Origin: Acutalibacteraceae bacterium
GTDB lineage: Bacteria; Bacillota; Clostridia; Oscillospirales; Acutalibacteraceae
Direction: 5' to 3'
Assembly (NCBI GenBank): GCA_045658105.1
Contig: JAZOUK010000005.1
Coordinates: 90 to 64,089, forward strand
Length of the DNA: 64,000 bases
Shown: positions 45,590-53,002 of the stretch, piece by piece
Numbering within the stretch: position 1 is the first letter of the stretch
How the letters are laid out: every line of letters starts with the position of its first letter
The notes under the pieces: generated by a model
The model's input: the letters and a program-made list of their open reading frames with translations, nothing else
The model's database searches: none
Told to the model about the DNA's origin: nothing
Made by a program: the position numbers and the translations under genes

Positions 45590-45873
45590 CCTATATTCAC
45601 CCCATCGTAAACAACGTTCAGTATATCGATTTCAAGCGGTGTAAATCGGTCTTGTACTATTTCCGAAAATCGGTCTTTAATTTCACCGGCGCACTCCTCA
45701 CAAACAACACCATAGGTATCGTCAGTGAAATATTCTCCACAATGCTCGCACTTTTTAGCTTCTGATATTTCAGCTCCCCTGCAGGTCGGACAAACACTCC
45801 AGCGTTCTCCACTTTCCTCAGTTATAACAAAGGCTTCCTCAAACTCCGTCCCGCAATTCAAACACTTATACAT
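45586..45873 (-). CDS. zinc-ribbon protein
   Basis: MYKCLNCG...CPTCRG...CEHCG...CEEC. Confidence 0.5.
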   Translation of the reverse strand: MYKCLNCGTEFEEAFVITEESGERWSVCPTCRGAEISEAKKCEHCGEYFTDDTYGVVCEECAGEIKDRFSEIVQDRFTPLEIDILNVVYDGVNIG

Positions 45874-46117
45874 CGCCGTTCTCCTCAAGCTGCTTTTTAA
45901 AGCCTTCCCTGTAATACTTGTCCTTAAGGTCAGAAAGCTTTGAATAAAGCCGGTTAAGCTTGTCTGTCTTTAAATCAAGCTCACGCATAAGCTTATCGTT
46001 TTCTCTTGTAAGCTTAATGTTCGTGCAGCCTACATAGACTACAAAGAAAAACAAAAATATAAAAAATCCTACGCTCAGCCACATAACGGGCCCGTCTATA
46101 AAAATATAACTATCCAT
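45866..46117 (-). CDS. membrane-anchored coiled-coil protein
   Basis: TM helix VMWLSVGFFIFLFFFVVYVGC. Confidence 0.45.
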   Translation of the reverse strand: MDSYIFIDGPVMWLSVGFFIFLFFFVVYVGCTNIKLTRENDKLMRELDLKTDKLNRLYSKLSDLKDKYYREGFKKQLEENGDV

Positions 46118-46229
46118 TTTTAAATTTCTCCTTGATTTTTTAATAAATATCTGTTAAAATAAAACAAACTTATAGGCACTGTCTGCTTGTAACAAAAAGC
46201 GCCTATTTGTTTGTGTTTGGGCCACTGCT

Positions 46230-46481
46230 TTATGCAGTGGTTTTTTTAAATTCCGGGAAACGCTCATAAAAAGCTTTTTTCCTTTCGGGTGAGACTTCCT
46301 CAAGTAAAGACGCTGCCTCAGGATAAGCACTGAAGATTTCGCTCATAACTCTGCTTGTTCTGTGCACTCTTTCTCTATCCCATTTATCAAGTTCTTCGGG
46401 AGTGAGCTCCTCCATCGGCTTTGCGGAACCGTCCGGCATACGTAAAAAACCTCTTACTGTCGGTAAATCTCTTCTTCCCAT
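46230..46481 (-). CDS. hypothetical protein
   Basis: I prefer the start MGRRDLPT (GGAGG 9 nt upstream). Confidence 0.45.
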   Translation of the reverse strand: MGRRDLPTVRGFLRMPDGSAKPMEELTPEELDKWDRERVHRTSRVMSEIFSAYPEAASLLEEVSPERKKAFYERFPEFKKTTA

Positions 46482-46551
46482 ATGTATCATCCTCCTTGTC
46501 TAATAATATTTTTTAGCTGCTTTGTCCTATACCATAGCTAACCAATAACCT

Positions 46552-46755
46552 TTAGCTCCCAATAGTGGATGGCGTTGTGCCGAAATCCGATTCAAAGCCG
46601 TCTTCAGAGCTTGACAATACGGTATAAACCTTTAACATACTGTCAACGAGCTGCATATATTCCTCATTGTCATCAGCTTCGGCAGCAATATCCGCTTTAC
46701 GGTCAAGCTCTTTAAAATGGTCTGCCAATAACTTATCTGCTTCTCTCTTTTTCAT
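46552..46755 (-). CDS. hypothetical acidic protein
   Basis: AAGGAGGAAAGG RBS. Confidence 0.45.
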   Translation of the reverse strand: MKKREADKLLADHFKELDRKADIAAEADDNEEYMQLVDSMLKVYTVLSSSEDGFESDFGTTPSTIGS

Positions 46756-46767
46756 TACCTTTCCTCC

Positions 46768-46965
46768 TTATGCTTTTCTCGCACAGCCGTTTTGATACAA
46801 AAACCGCTGCGCCGTACAATAGCTTGTGGTTTTAAGTCCTTTCGACCCGACGAAGTTCCCCATCGCAACTTCTGACTTACGCCCTGTTTCCGCCATATAA
46901 TACTTTTTACCACATTTATACAGCCGACCTGCAATAGTCTCGTTCTTGTCAACGTAGTATTCCAT
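46768..46965 (-). CDS. hypothetical protein
   Basis: GGAGGTG RBS. Preferred over the overlapping ORF 46755-46973. Confidence 0.45.
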   Translation of the reverse strand: MEYYVDKNETIAGRLYKCGKKYYMAETGRKSEVAMGNFVGSKGLKTTSYCTAQRFLYQNGCARKA

Positions 46966-47031
46966 AACCGCACCTCCTTATTTAATTTGACTATCTACTC
47001 CCCACCTGTTATAATTTCTTGAAAGGTGGTG

Positions 47032-47211
47032 ATGATAATGAATGACTTTTGTCCTTTAATCAACGGTCCTTGTAATCGTAACTGTGTACTTATCGAAAAA
47101 GGACGAGGTGTATACGGTTTGACCGATTATTGCTCTTTTGCATCGGCAATCAAAAAATCAGATACAACAGTTATTACCGAGCTAAAGAAATTGGTCAACA
47201 AAAATCGTTAA
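47032..47211 (+). CDS. small hypothetical protein (opposite strand)
   Basis: AAAGGTGGTG RBS, Cys-containing, convergent with the neighbouring genes. Confidence 0.35.
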   Translation: MIMNDFCPLINGPCNRNCVLIEKGRGVYGLTDYCSFASAIKKSDTTVITELKKLVNKNR

Positions 47212-47528
47212 TCCAAATGTTGTACTATAGCCGAACCGATAACACCTATTTGTGCACTGCGCAGGATTTTCTCAGCTTCCTGTGCGGTGCATTGTTTTTC
47301 CGCTAATACATTTATTATCCTACGAACAATTTCATCCTGCTCTATCTCATTTAATGGGCGATTTCTTTTCAATGGCTCATTCACACGCCTGTTCCATTTT
47401 TTAATAGCTTCTTCTTCGCTGTAACTCGAATCGTAAATATTGGCGGCAAATTTTTTGCATTGAACAACATCATTCAGAGTATTTGTTCGCGCCTCTCCAC
47501 CGCAAAAGGGACATTTCTTCAATTTCAT
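47208..47528 (-). CDS. Lar-like N-terminal zinc-ribbon protein with C-terminal extension
   Basis: MKLKKCPFCGGEA...EEAIKKWNRRV. Confidence 0.5.
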   Translation of the reverse strand: MKLKKCPFCGGEARTNTLNDVVQCKKFAANIYDSSYSEEEAIKKWNRRVNEPLKRNRPLNEIEQDEIVRRIINVLAEKQCTAQEAEKILRSAQIGVIGSAIVQHLD

Positions 47529-47546
47529 TCTCTCACCTCACCTTAT

Positions 47547-47560
47547 TGTCGATTTCGACA
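47547..47560. promoter_or_regulatory. operator-like palindrome O1
   Basis: TGTCGA-TT-TCGACA. Contains the recurring TTTCGACAC motif. Confidence 0.4.
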
Positions 47561-47563
47561 CAT

Positions 47564-47773
47564 TTAAGCCGAAAAAATTTCGTCTTGGGTTACCCCGAAG
47601 ACGGTTGACAAAACCTTTCCTTGCTCAGATGTAAAATCCGAATATCCTTCTATCTTTTCTTTATACGTTCTTTTACATATCCCCAATATTTCAGCCATTT
47701 CATCATCACTCTTTTGGCTTAGAATTTGGAAAGCAGGAATTTTATAATATTTCTTATGTTTCTTTTTTCTCAT
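47564..47773 (-). CDS. Cro/excisionase-like small HTH protein (first early gene)
   Basis: MRKKKHKKYYKIP...MAEILGICKRTYKEKIEG. GGAGG RBS. Divergent from the repressor gene. Confidence 0.55.
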   Translation of the reverse strand: MRKKKHKKYYKIPAFQILSQKSDDEMAEILGICKRTYKEKIEGYSDFTSEQGKVLSTVFGVTQDEIFSA

Positions 47774-47794
47774 ATATTCACCTCCAAAAACGTT

Positions 47795-47844
47795 TGTGTC
47801 ACTTTCGACACATAGATAATAACACACTTCCGTTTCTTTGTCAA
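47795..47844 (-). promoter_or_regulatory. early (PR-like) promoter with operator O2 over the start site
   Basis: Minus strand: TTGACA (47839-47844), 17 nt, TATTAT (47816-47821). The palindrome TGTGTC-ACTTTC-GACACA (47795-47812) lies just downstream. Confidence 0.55.
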
Positions 47845-47872
47845 CACTTTTTTTAAGAAAATTTCATTTTTA

Positions 47873-47941
47873 TGTTGCATTTTCGACACTTTGATGTTAT
47901 AATGTCACCGTAGCCAAGGGAGCGGCGGTTGTTTCCGACAC
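47873..47941 (+). promoter_or_regulatory. lysogenic (PRM-like) promoter with operators O3/O4
   Basis: TTGCAT (47875-47880), 17 nt, TATAAT (47898-47903). TTTCGACAC is at 47881-47889 and the variant TTTCCGACAC at 47932-47941. Confidence 0.5.
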
Positions 47942-47962
47942 CTACCGAAAGGGGGTGTTGCT

Positions 47963-48025
47963 ATGGAATATATTATTTCTTTTACATTACTTGTATTAAT
48001 AATAATTATTTACATAAAGAAATAA
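47963..48025 (+). CDS. 20-aa hydrophobic peptide (leader peptide or type-I-toxin-like)
   Basis: GAAAGGGGGTG RBS. MEYIISFTLLVLIIIIYIKK. Followed directly by a hairpin. Confidence 0.3.
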   Translation: MEYIISFTLLVLIIIIYIKK

Positions 48026-48051
48026 CCGCCTACTCTGCACAGTAGACGGTT
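48024..48051 (+). terminator. hairpin after the small peptide ORF
   Basis: AACCGCCTACT-ctgcac-AGTAGaCGGTT followed by T. Confidence 0.4.
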
Positions 48052-48139
48052 TATCCTAAATAAACGGTTTATTCGCGGAAACAACTAATGCTTCCTTGTC
48101 TACATCTATATTAACATATCAGCTCTAAAATGTCAAGAG

Positions 48140-48730
48140 GTGTTTAAAATTACTATACTTGGTGAAAGATTAAAACAATTAAGAACGTCTAAGGGGTTAA
48201 ATCAAACACAATTATCAGAAGCTTTGAATGAGCGTTTTTGTTTAAAAACCGATAGAGTTATGATTAGTAAATGGGAAACCGGTTTTCAAACTCCTATGAT
48301 TCACACAATTTCTTGTATAGCAAAATATTTCAATGTTTCAATAGATTATTTGAATGGTGAAGAAGAAAAAAGTTTCCCCGACATAAACCTCCCCTCCCCT
48401 AACATCACCCAGAGCTACATTTCACTCGCCCCTGACCCGTCTCCTCAAACTCAAACCTTACTTGTATTTAATAAAAACGGTGTAGCGGGCGGTCACGAAA
48501 AAACCGTACCTTCAGATGATGTTTTGAATGAAATAAATAAACTGGCGCAGGCGTTAATGCCATATCCTGCCGAACAAATCAATTCACTCTTAACAATAAT
48601 AAAAAATGGTGGGAATATTCCTATTCAAACAGATTTACCGTCCGAGCTTAAAGAGCTTATTGCCGTTGCGGTGAATTTACCGCCCGAAAAAATAAAGGCG
48701 CTTATAACAGTAGCGGAAAATATGAAATAA
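48140..48730 (+). CDS. XRE-family phage repressor (ImmR/CI-like, no S24 domain)
   Basis: LGERLKQLRTSKGLNQTQLSEALN...ISKWETG HTH. It is followed by an ImmA-like protease gene. GTG start is uncertain. Confidence 0.8.
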   Translation: MFKITILGERLKQLRTSKGLNQTQLSEALNERFCLKTDRVMISKWETGFQTPMIHTISCIAKYFNVSIDYLNGEEEKSFPDINLPSPNITQSYISLAPDPSPQTQTLLVFNKNGVAGGHEKTVPSDDVLNEINKLAQALMPYPAEQINSLLTIIKNGGNIPIQTDLPSELKELIAVAVNLPPEKIKALITVAENMK

Positions 48731-48805
48731 ATATATTACGCTTTCTTGACTTTATTTCAGCCCCCTATATCATTAAATTATTAATAATATAGGGGGAACC
48801 ACAAA

Positions 48806-49507
48806 ATGAAATCTATCAAACATTCCGCTATCCAATTTGCAAAATCAATTAATCTTACAAACAAACGAATAACCCTAAAAGGATTATTACACGCTGCCCG
48901 TAAAAAGGGGTTCATCATTAAAAGTTATTCAGAATCAGCCACATTGCTTATGGCTTTTGGGCTTTACGATGAATCAAGAGAAGCAGACTCTGTTTCTGTT
49001 ATTGACAAATCAGGTACAGCTTATATTTTTATTGATAACCTCATTTCCGAGAATAGTCAATTATTTGCCCTTGCACACGAATTAGGGCATATTATATTAA
49101 AGCACCGCAAAACCCCGAGTCTCAAAAAGCAACAGGAAAGACAAGCCGATTTATTCGCACATTATCTGCTGTCATCAAGTAGCAGTACCCTAATAATCAA
49201 TATCGCAATTACTGTAACATCTGTAATTCTAATTACCTGTATTATTCTAATAACTGTATTTATCACATATTCAAATAATGAAAAAATAAAAACCGTTTCT
49301 GCGGAATCAGAAAGCTCTGTAAATAGTCAAAGTGCAGAAGCAAGTAATAGTACAGTTTGCTATTTTACTCGTTACGGAACAGTTTATCATATATACAGGG
49401 ATTGTTTTTATTTAAAAAATTCCACAAAAATATATACCGATACAGTAGAAGAATGTCATTTAGATAAGTTGTGTTCTGCATGTAAGCATAGGCAGTATAA
49501 AGAATAA
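48806..49507 (+). CDS. ImmA/IrrE-family metalloprotease fused to a TM segment and a YH-x3-C...C-x2-C domain
   Basis: FALAHELGHIILKH (HEXXH). TM LIINIAITVTSVILITCIILITVFI. C-terminal VCYFTRYGTVYHIYRDCFYLKNS...LCSACKH. Confidence 0.75.
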   Translation: MKSIKHSAIQFAKSINLTNKRITLKGLLHAARKKGFIIKSYSESATLLMAFGLYDESREADSVSVIDKSGTAYIFIDNLISENSQLFALAHELGHIILKHRKTPSLKKQQERQADLFAHYLLSSSSSTLIINIAITVTSVILITCIILITVFITYSNNEKIKTVSAESESSVNSQSAEASNSTVCYFTRYGTVYHIYRDCFYLKNSTKIYTDTVEECHLDKLCSACKHRQYKE

Positions 49508-49523
49508 TTCAGTTAATCTTTAA

Positions 49524-49700
49524 AGAAACGGTTTATTTAAACCATATGCAATAAAAAAGCTCATCCCTGAGAACGAGCTAAAAGAAGCCTGTAAATATTG
49601 TAATAACCGTTGGGAACTATCAGAATACTTTGGTGTGCCTGAAGACTTTATGCAAAAGGCTTTGGATTATTATGCGGAACAATTAATTTTTAAAAATTAA
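49524..49700 (+). pseudogene. orphan ImmA C-terminal remnant (no start codon)
   Basis: The open frame RNGLFKPYAIKKLIPENELKEACKYCNNRWELSEYFGVPEDFMQKALDYYAEQLIFKN* resembles the usual C-terminal end of ImmA/IrrE proteins. Confidence 0.4.
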
Positions 49701-49703
49701 TTG

Positions 49704-49732
49704 TTGACAAATTACTTTTAAATGCATATAAT
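49704..49732 (+). promoter_or_regulatory. consensus sigma-A promoter upstream of the integrase
   Basis: TTGACA, 17 nt, TATAAT. Confidence 0.6.
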
Positions 49733-49763
49733 AAACACGTAACGCAAAGTTACAAATGTTAAC

Positions 49764-49827
49764 AAGCCTTTAGAAGTAGTTGTCCCACCATATGGGAATT
49801 TACGAAAATAAAGGCTTTATTTTTTTG
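49764..49827 (+). terminator. terminator-like structure within the integrase leader
   Basis: AAGCCTTTA (49764-49772) pairs with TAAAGGCTT (49809-49817), with an inner CCCA..TGGG stem, followed by TATTTTTTT. Confidence 0.45.
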
Positions 49828-49899
49828 AGAATGAATTAAGCAAAATTTCAGCTATCGAGAAAATCTCGACAACTGCACCAATCAGAAAGGAGGAACCTT

Positions 49900-51336
49900 A
49901 TGACCGAATTTAAAAAAGCAGCCTGCTACATTCGTGTTTCAACTGATGAGCAAACCGAATATTCTCCGGATAGCCAATTAAAGCTTATTCAGGATTACGC
50001 AGAAAAGAACGATATAGTCCTGCTTGAAGATTACATCTTTATGGAGGACGGCGGTAAATCCGGCAAAAGTATGGCCAAGCGCGATAAATTTCTTGAAATG
50101 ATAGCCGCTGCCAAAAAGAAGCCTTCGCCCTTTAATATAATACTTGTGTGGAAGTTCAGCCGATTCGCGAGAAACCAAGAGGAAGCGATTACTCTTAAAT
50201 CAATGCTTAAGAAAAACGGTATAGAGGTTATCTCCATATCGGAGCCTCTACCTGAGGGACCGTTCGGTGAACTGATAGAGCGCATCCTTGAATGGCAGGA
50301 TGAATTTTACTTAACCAATCTGTCGCAAGAAGTCAAACGAGGAATGCTCGAGAGAGCCTCACGCGGCTTGCCTGTAGCTCCTCCGCCAATAGGCTATGAT
50401 TCAAAGGACGGTAAATATATCCCAAACGCCGATGCGGCTCTTATACGCGGAATTTACGAGGATTTCTTAAACGGTTTAGGACTTCGTGCTGCAGCAGTTA
50501 AATACGGTAATCTCGGAATGCGAACAACGCGCGGCAATCTGCCTGATAACAGATGTATAGAATACATTCTCCGAAATCCTGTTTATACAGGTAAGATTCG
50601 TTGGAGCTTAGACGGCCGAGCTGCATCAACCAGACACTATGATAATCCTAATATAATGGTGACCGACGGTACCCACGAACCAATAATCAGTCAGGAATTG
50701 TTTGATAACGTGCAAAAAAAGCTTGACGAGCAAAAACGAATGTATGGTAAATATCAGCGCAGGGAGCAACCGGTGCAATTTATGCTCAAAGGCTTAGTTC
50801 GTTGCTCCGCATGTGGCTCTACCCTGATTTTAATAAATTCAAAATCGCAGTCATTACAGTGCCATAGCTACGGAAGGGGAACCTGTAAGACCTCACACAG
50901 CATAACGGTTAAAAAAGCCAATGCGGCCGTCATAGCCTACCTTGAAAACGCCGTTATAACAAACGAATTTAATATAGCCGAAAACAGGATGCCAAGAACC
51001 GGCTTGCCCGGTAGCGACTATAAAAAGCTCATTGAAAACGAGAAAGCAAAGCTTAACAGAATTAAGCTTGCTTATCAAAACGGTATTGACACTTTGGAAG
51101 AATATAAGCTTAACAAAGCTAAGATAACAGAATCAATAGCAAGGTTAGAGGAAGCTGCAGCTGCAAGCGTTCCGAGGATAAACAAAAAAGAATATCGCGA
51201 ACAAGTAATTGATGTACTCAAAACAGTTCGAAACAAAAACCAACCCGAACACATAAAAAATGCTGCCCTAAGAACAATAATAGAACATATCGTGTTTAAT
51301 AAATCAAAAAATAGCTTCGAGGTTTATTTTTATTAG
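49900..51336 (+). CDS. large serine recombinase (prophage integrase)
   Basis: AACYIRVSTDEQ catalytic Ser motif, VWKFSRFARN, and a Cys-rich zinc-ribbon region (CSACGSTL...CHSYGRGTC). 478 aa. The stop is 28 nt from the att core. Confidence 0.9.
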   Translation: MTEFKKAACYIRVSTDEQTEYSPDSQLKLIQDYAEKNDIVLLEDYIFMEDGGKSGKSMAKRDKFLEMIAAAKKKPSPFNIILVWKFSRFARNQEEAITLKSMLKKNGIEVISISEPLPEGPFGELIERILEWQDEFYLTNLSQEVKRGMLERASRGLPVAPPPIGYDSKDGKYIPNADAALIRGIYEDFLNGLGLRAAAVKYGNLGMRTTRGNLPDNRCIEYILRNPVYTGKIRWSLDGRAASTRHYDNPNIMVTDGTHEPIISQELFDNVQKKLDEQKRMYGKYQRREQPVQFMLKGLVRCSACGSTLILINSKSQSLQCHSYGRGTCKTSHSITVKKANAAVIAYLENAVITNEFNIAENRMPRTGLPGSDYKKLIENEKAKLNRIKLAYQNGIDTLEEYKLNKAKITESIARLEEAAAASVPRINKKEYREQVIDVLKTVRNKNQPEHIKNAALRTIIEHIVFNKSKNSFEVYFY

Positions 51337-51339
51337 ACA

Positions 51340-51380
51340 CTATATATCTATTTGCAGTAAGCACCGCCGTATTGACTTAT
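51340..51380. other. attR (phage arm / host cotJC side)
   Basis: CTATATATCTAtttgcagtaagcaCCGCCgtattgacttat. Confidence 0.75.
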
Positions 51381-51455
51381 TATTATCTGCGCATATTTTG
51401 GATTGGGATTCTTTATATTGATGGGATATTGTAATTTTTTCTCATATTTCCACAT
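51348..51455 (-). pseudogene. cotJC: cotJC 5' segment (first 31 codons, then phage-derived tail and stop)
   Basis: The ATG lies 3 nt after the cotJB stop. MWKYEKKLQYPINIKNPNPKYAQIIISQYGG, then AYCK*. The CotJC N-terminus was recognised from the B. subtilis-type MW.YEKKLQYP motif. Confidence 0.8.
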
Positions 51456-51458
51456 AAT

Positions 51459-51722
51459 TTAAGCCTCCATAAAATCGTTTTCCCAAGGCCACGGTCCCTT
51501 GAGCCATTCCCAACAGCCTTTTGATGTTACATCATCTGTTGTACATATATACGGTCCAAAATTTTTCTCATATAGTTTTATGATTTCACTTCTTTTTTTA
51601 CGGTATTCTTCTAAAAGCTCTGTTGCCCTTCTGCTTGTAGGGTGCGAATCAAGATAAAGCACAAGCTCGTGTATTGCAAAATCTAATTCATATATTTTCC
51701 GTTTTAAATCAGCTTTTCTCAT
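51459..51722 (-). CDS. cotJB: spore coat protein CotJB
   Basis: LDFAIHELVLYLDSHP...GPWPWE. Confidence 0.85.
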   Translation of the reverse strand: MRKADLKRKIYELDFAIHELVLYLDSHPTSRRATELLEEYRKKRSEIIKLYEKNFGPYICTTDDVTSKGCWEWLKGPWPWENDFMEA

Positions 51723-51997
51723 CTATACATACCTCCGTAAAATGGCTTATCTATATCAGGAAACAGCGTGCCGTTTAACAAAGCCGTTTCAGGAGGATAC
51801 ACGCTATCAAGCGGTTGCATATTAACAAATACCATTGTTAAAACTCCATCGGTTTTCTGCTGAGGAGACGGTACACAAAAATCTGTATTAATACAACTTG
51901 GTACTGAACTACCCTTACCGCCCATGCATTCTTTACAATTAGTACCGTTTACTGTGTCGGTATACATATCTGAAAGACTAAAATATCTTCTTTCCAT
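51719..51997 (-). CDS. cotJA: spore coat-associated protein CotJA
   Basis: ...ETALLNGTLFPDIDKPFYGG. Overlaps the cotJB start. Confidence 0.75.
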   Translation of the reverse strand: MERRYFSLSDMYTDTVNGTNCKECMGGKGSSVPSCINTDFCVPSPQQKTDGVLTMVFVNMQPLDSVYPPETALLNGTLFPDIDKPFYGGMYR

Positions 51998-52181
51998 TTT
52001 TGCTTAAACTCCTTAATAATTTTTACTATTTGTATGCCTTTTTATAATAGACCTTAGGATGATATATAGGTCCTACTAACATATTATTCCTTAACATCAA
52101 ATTTGTTATAATATATTTGTTAAGAAGATGTTAAGAAATATGTTTTTTTGTTAAAATACAGAAAATATTGTGTTATTTTTC

Positions 52182-52210
52182 TTGTAAAATATTGCATTGA
52201 ATGCTATAAT
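52182..52210 (+). promoter_or_regulatory. candidate promoter of the decarboxylase operon
   Basis: TTGTAA, 17 nt, TATAAT. Confidence 0.4.
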
Positions 52211-52321
52211 TAATTAAAAGGGCAAAAATTGTTAATTTTATTACAATAAATGCTCCGACTTTGATTTTATCAGACCTAATGGTGACTGGTAAGAGACTTT
52301 GTCACACTAAGGAGGTGTGTT

Positions 52322-52606
52322 TTGTTGACAGAAATTTCAAATGCGTTTGTTGTTGTGTTGGGTATATCAATAGTATTTATAGGCCTTATTTGTATTATAA
52401 TTCTTTGCAAGATATTAGGTGCTATTTGTACTATGTCAGAAAAGAAAAACAATACCGTGGCTAATGCTTCGGTTTTATCCACTCCTGTAGCAACACAGTC
52501 CATCGAAAACCGTCAGGAAATCATTGCTGCTGTTTCAGCTGTTTTGGCTGAAGAATTAGGTACAGATGTTTCCGCAATAAGAATTTTATCATTTAAAAAA
52601 AATTAA
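52322..52606 (+). CDS. OadG-family small subunit of Na+-translocating decarboxylase
   Basis: N-terminal TM, and C-terminal EIIAAVSAVLAEELG...IRILSFK. GGAGGTG RBS with a TTG start. Confidence 0.7.
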   Translation: MLTEISNAFVVVLGISIVFIGLICIIILCKILGAICTMSEKKNNTVANASVLSTPVATQSIENRQEIIAAVSAVLAEELGTDVSAIRILSFKKN

Positions 52607-52624
52607 AGAAAAGGTGTATTTAAA

Positions 52625-52969
52625 ATGAAAAAATATAACGTAACTGTAAACGGTACTTCTTATGAAATCACTTTAGAGGTCGTAGACGCTGCTGATGTTA
52701 AGGCTTCTCCTGCCCCAGCTACTACAACTCCTGCAGCTCCTGCTGCCCCTGCCGGCGGAGAAACTGTAAACGCTCCAATGCCAGGAAATATTCTTTCTGT
52801 TAATGTTCAGAATGGCGCAACAGTTAAGAAGGGCGATGTTCTTATGATTCTTGAAGCAATGAAAATGGAAAATGAGATTATGGCTCCTTGCGATGGCACT
52901 GTTTCATCTGTTAATGTTCAAAAGGGTGCTTCTGTTGAAACAGGTGCTGTTCTCTGCGTTATTTCTTAA
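52625..52969 (+). CDS. biotin carboxyl carrier protein subunit
   Basis: Ala/Pro linker and the biotinylation motif LEAMKMENEI. Confidence 0.85.
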   Translation: MKKYNVTVNGTSYEITLEVVDAADVKASPAPATTTPAAPAAPAGGETVNAPMPGNILSVNVQNGATVKKGDVLMILEAMKMENEIMAPCDGTVSSVNVQKGASVETGAVLCVIS

Positions 52970-53002
52970 GTACGCTCGCAATCATTCAGGAGAATAAAAA
53001 TT

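Larger units (their letters stand above)
11785..51368. mobile_element. ~39.6-kb prophage integrated in cotJC
   Basis: It is bounded by the two cotJC halves and a shared CCGCC core. It contains a large serine recombinase, an immunity switch, and replication, packaging, capsid, fibre and lysis genes. Confidence 0.9.

Noticed and set aside
46221-46247. Hairpin CCACTGC-tttat-GCAGTGG plus a T7 run, as a plus-strand terminator.
   Set aside because: It overlaps the 3' end of a minus-strand gene and there is no plus-strand gene upstream. On the minus strand it lacks a T-run. Function is unclear, so it is not annotated.
52031-52036. CATACA element upstream of cotJA as a sigma-E/sigma-K -10 box.
   Set aside because: I could not find a correctly spaced -35 partner. 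It is too weak to annotate, although a sporulation promoter is expected here.
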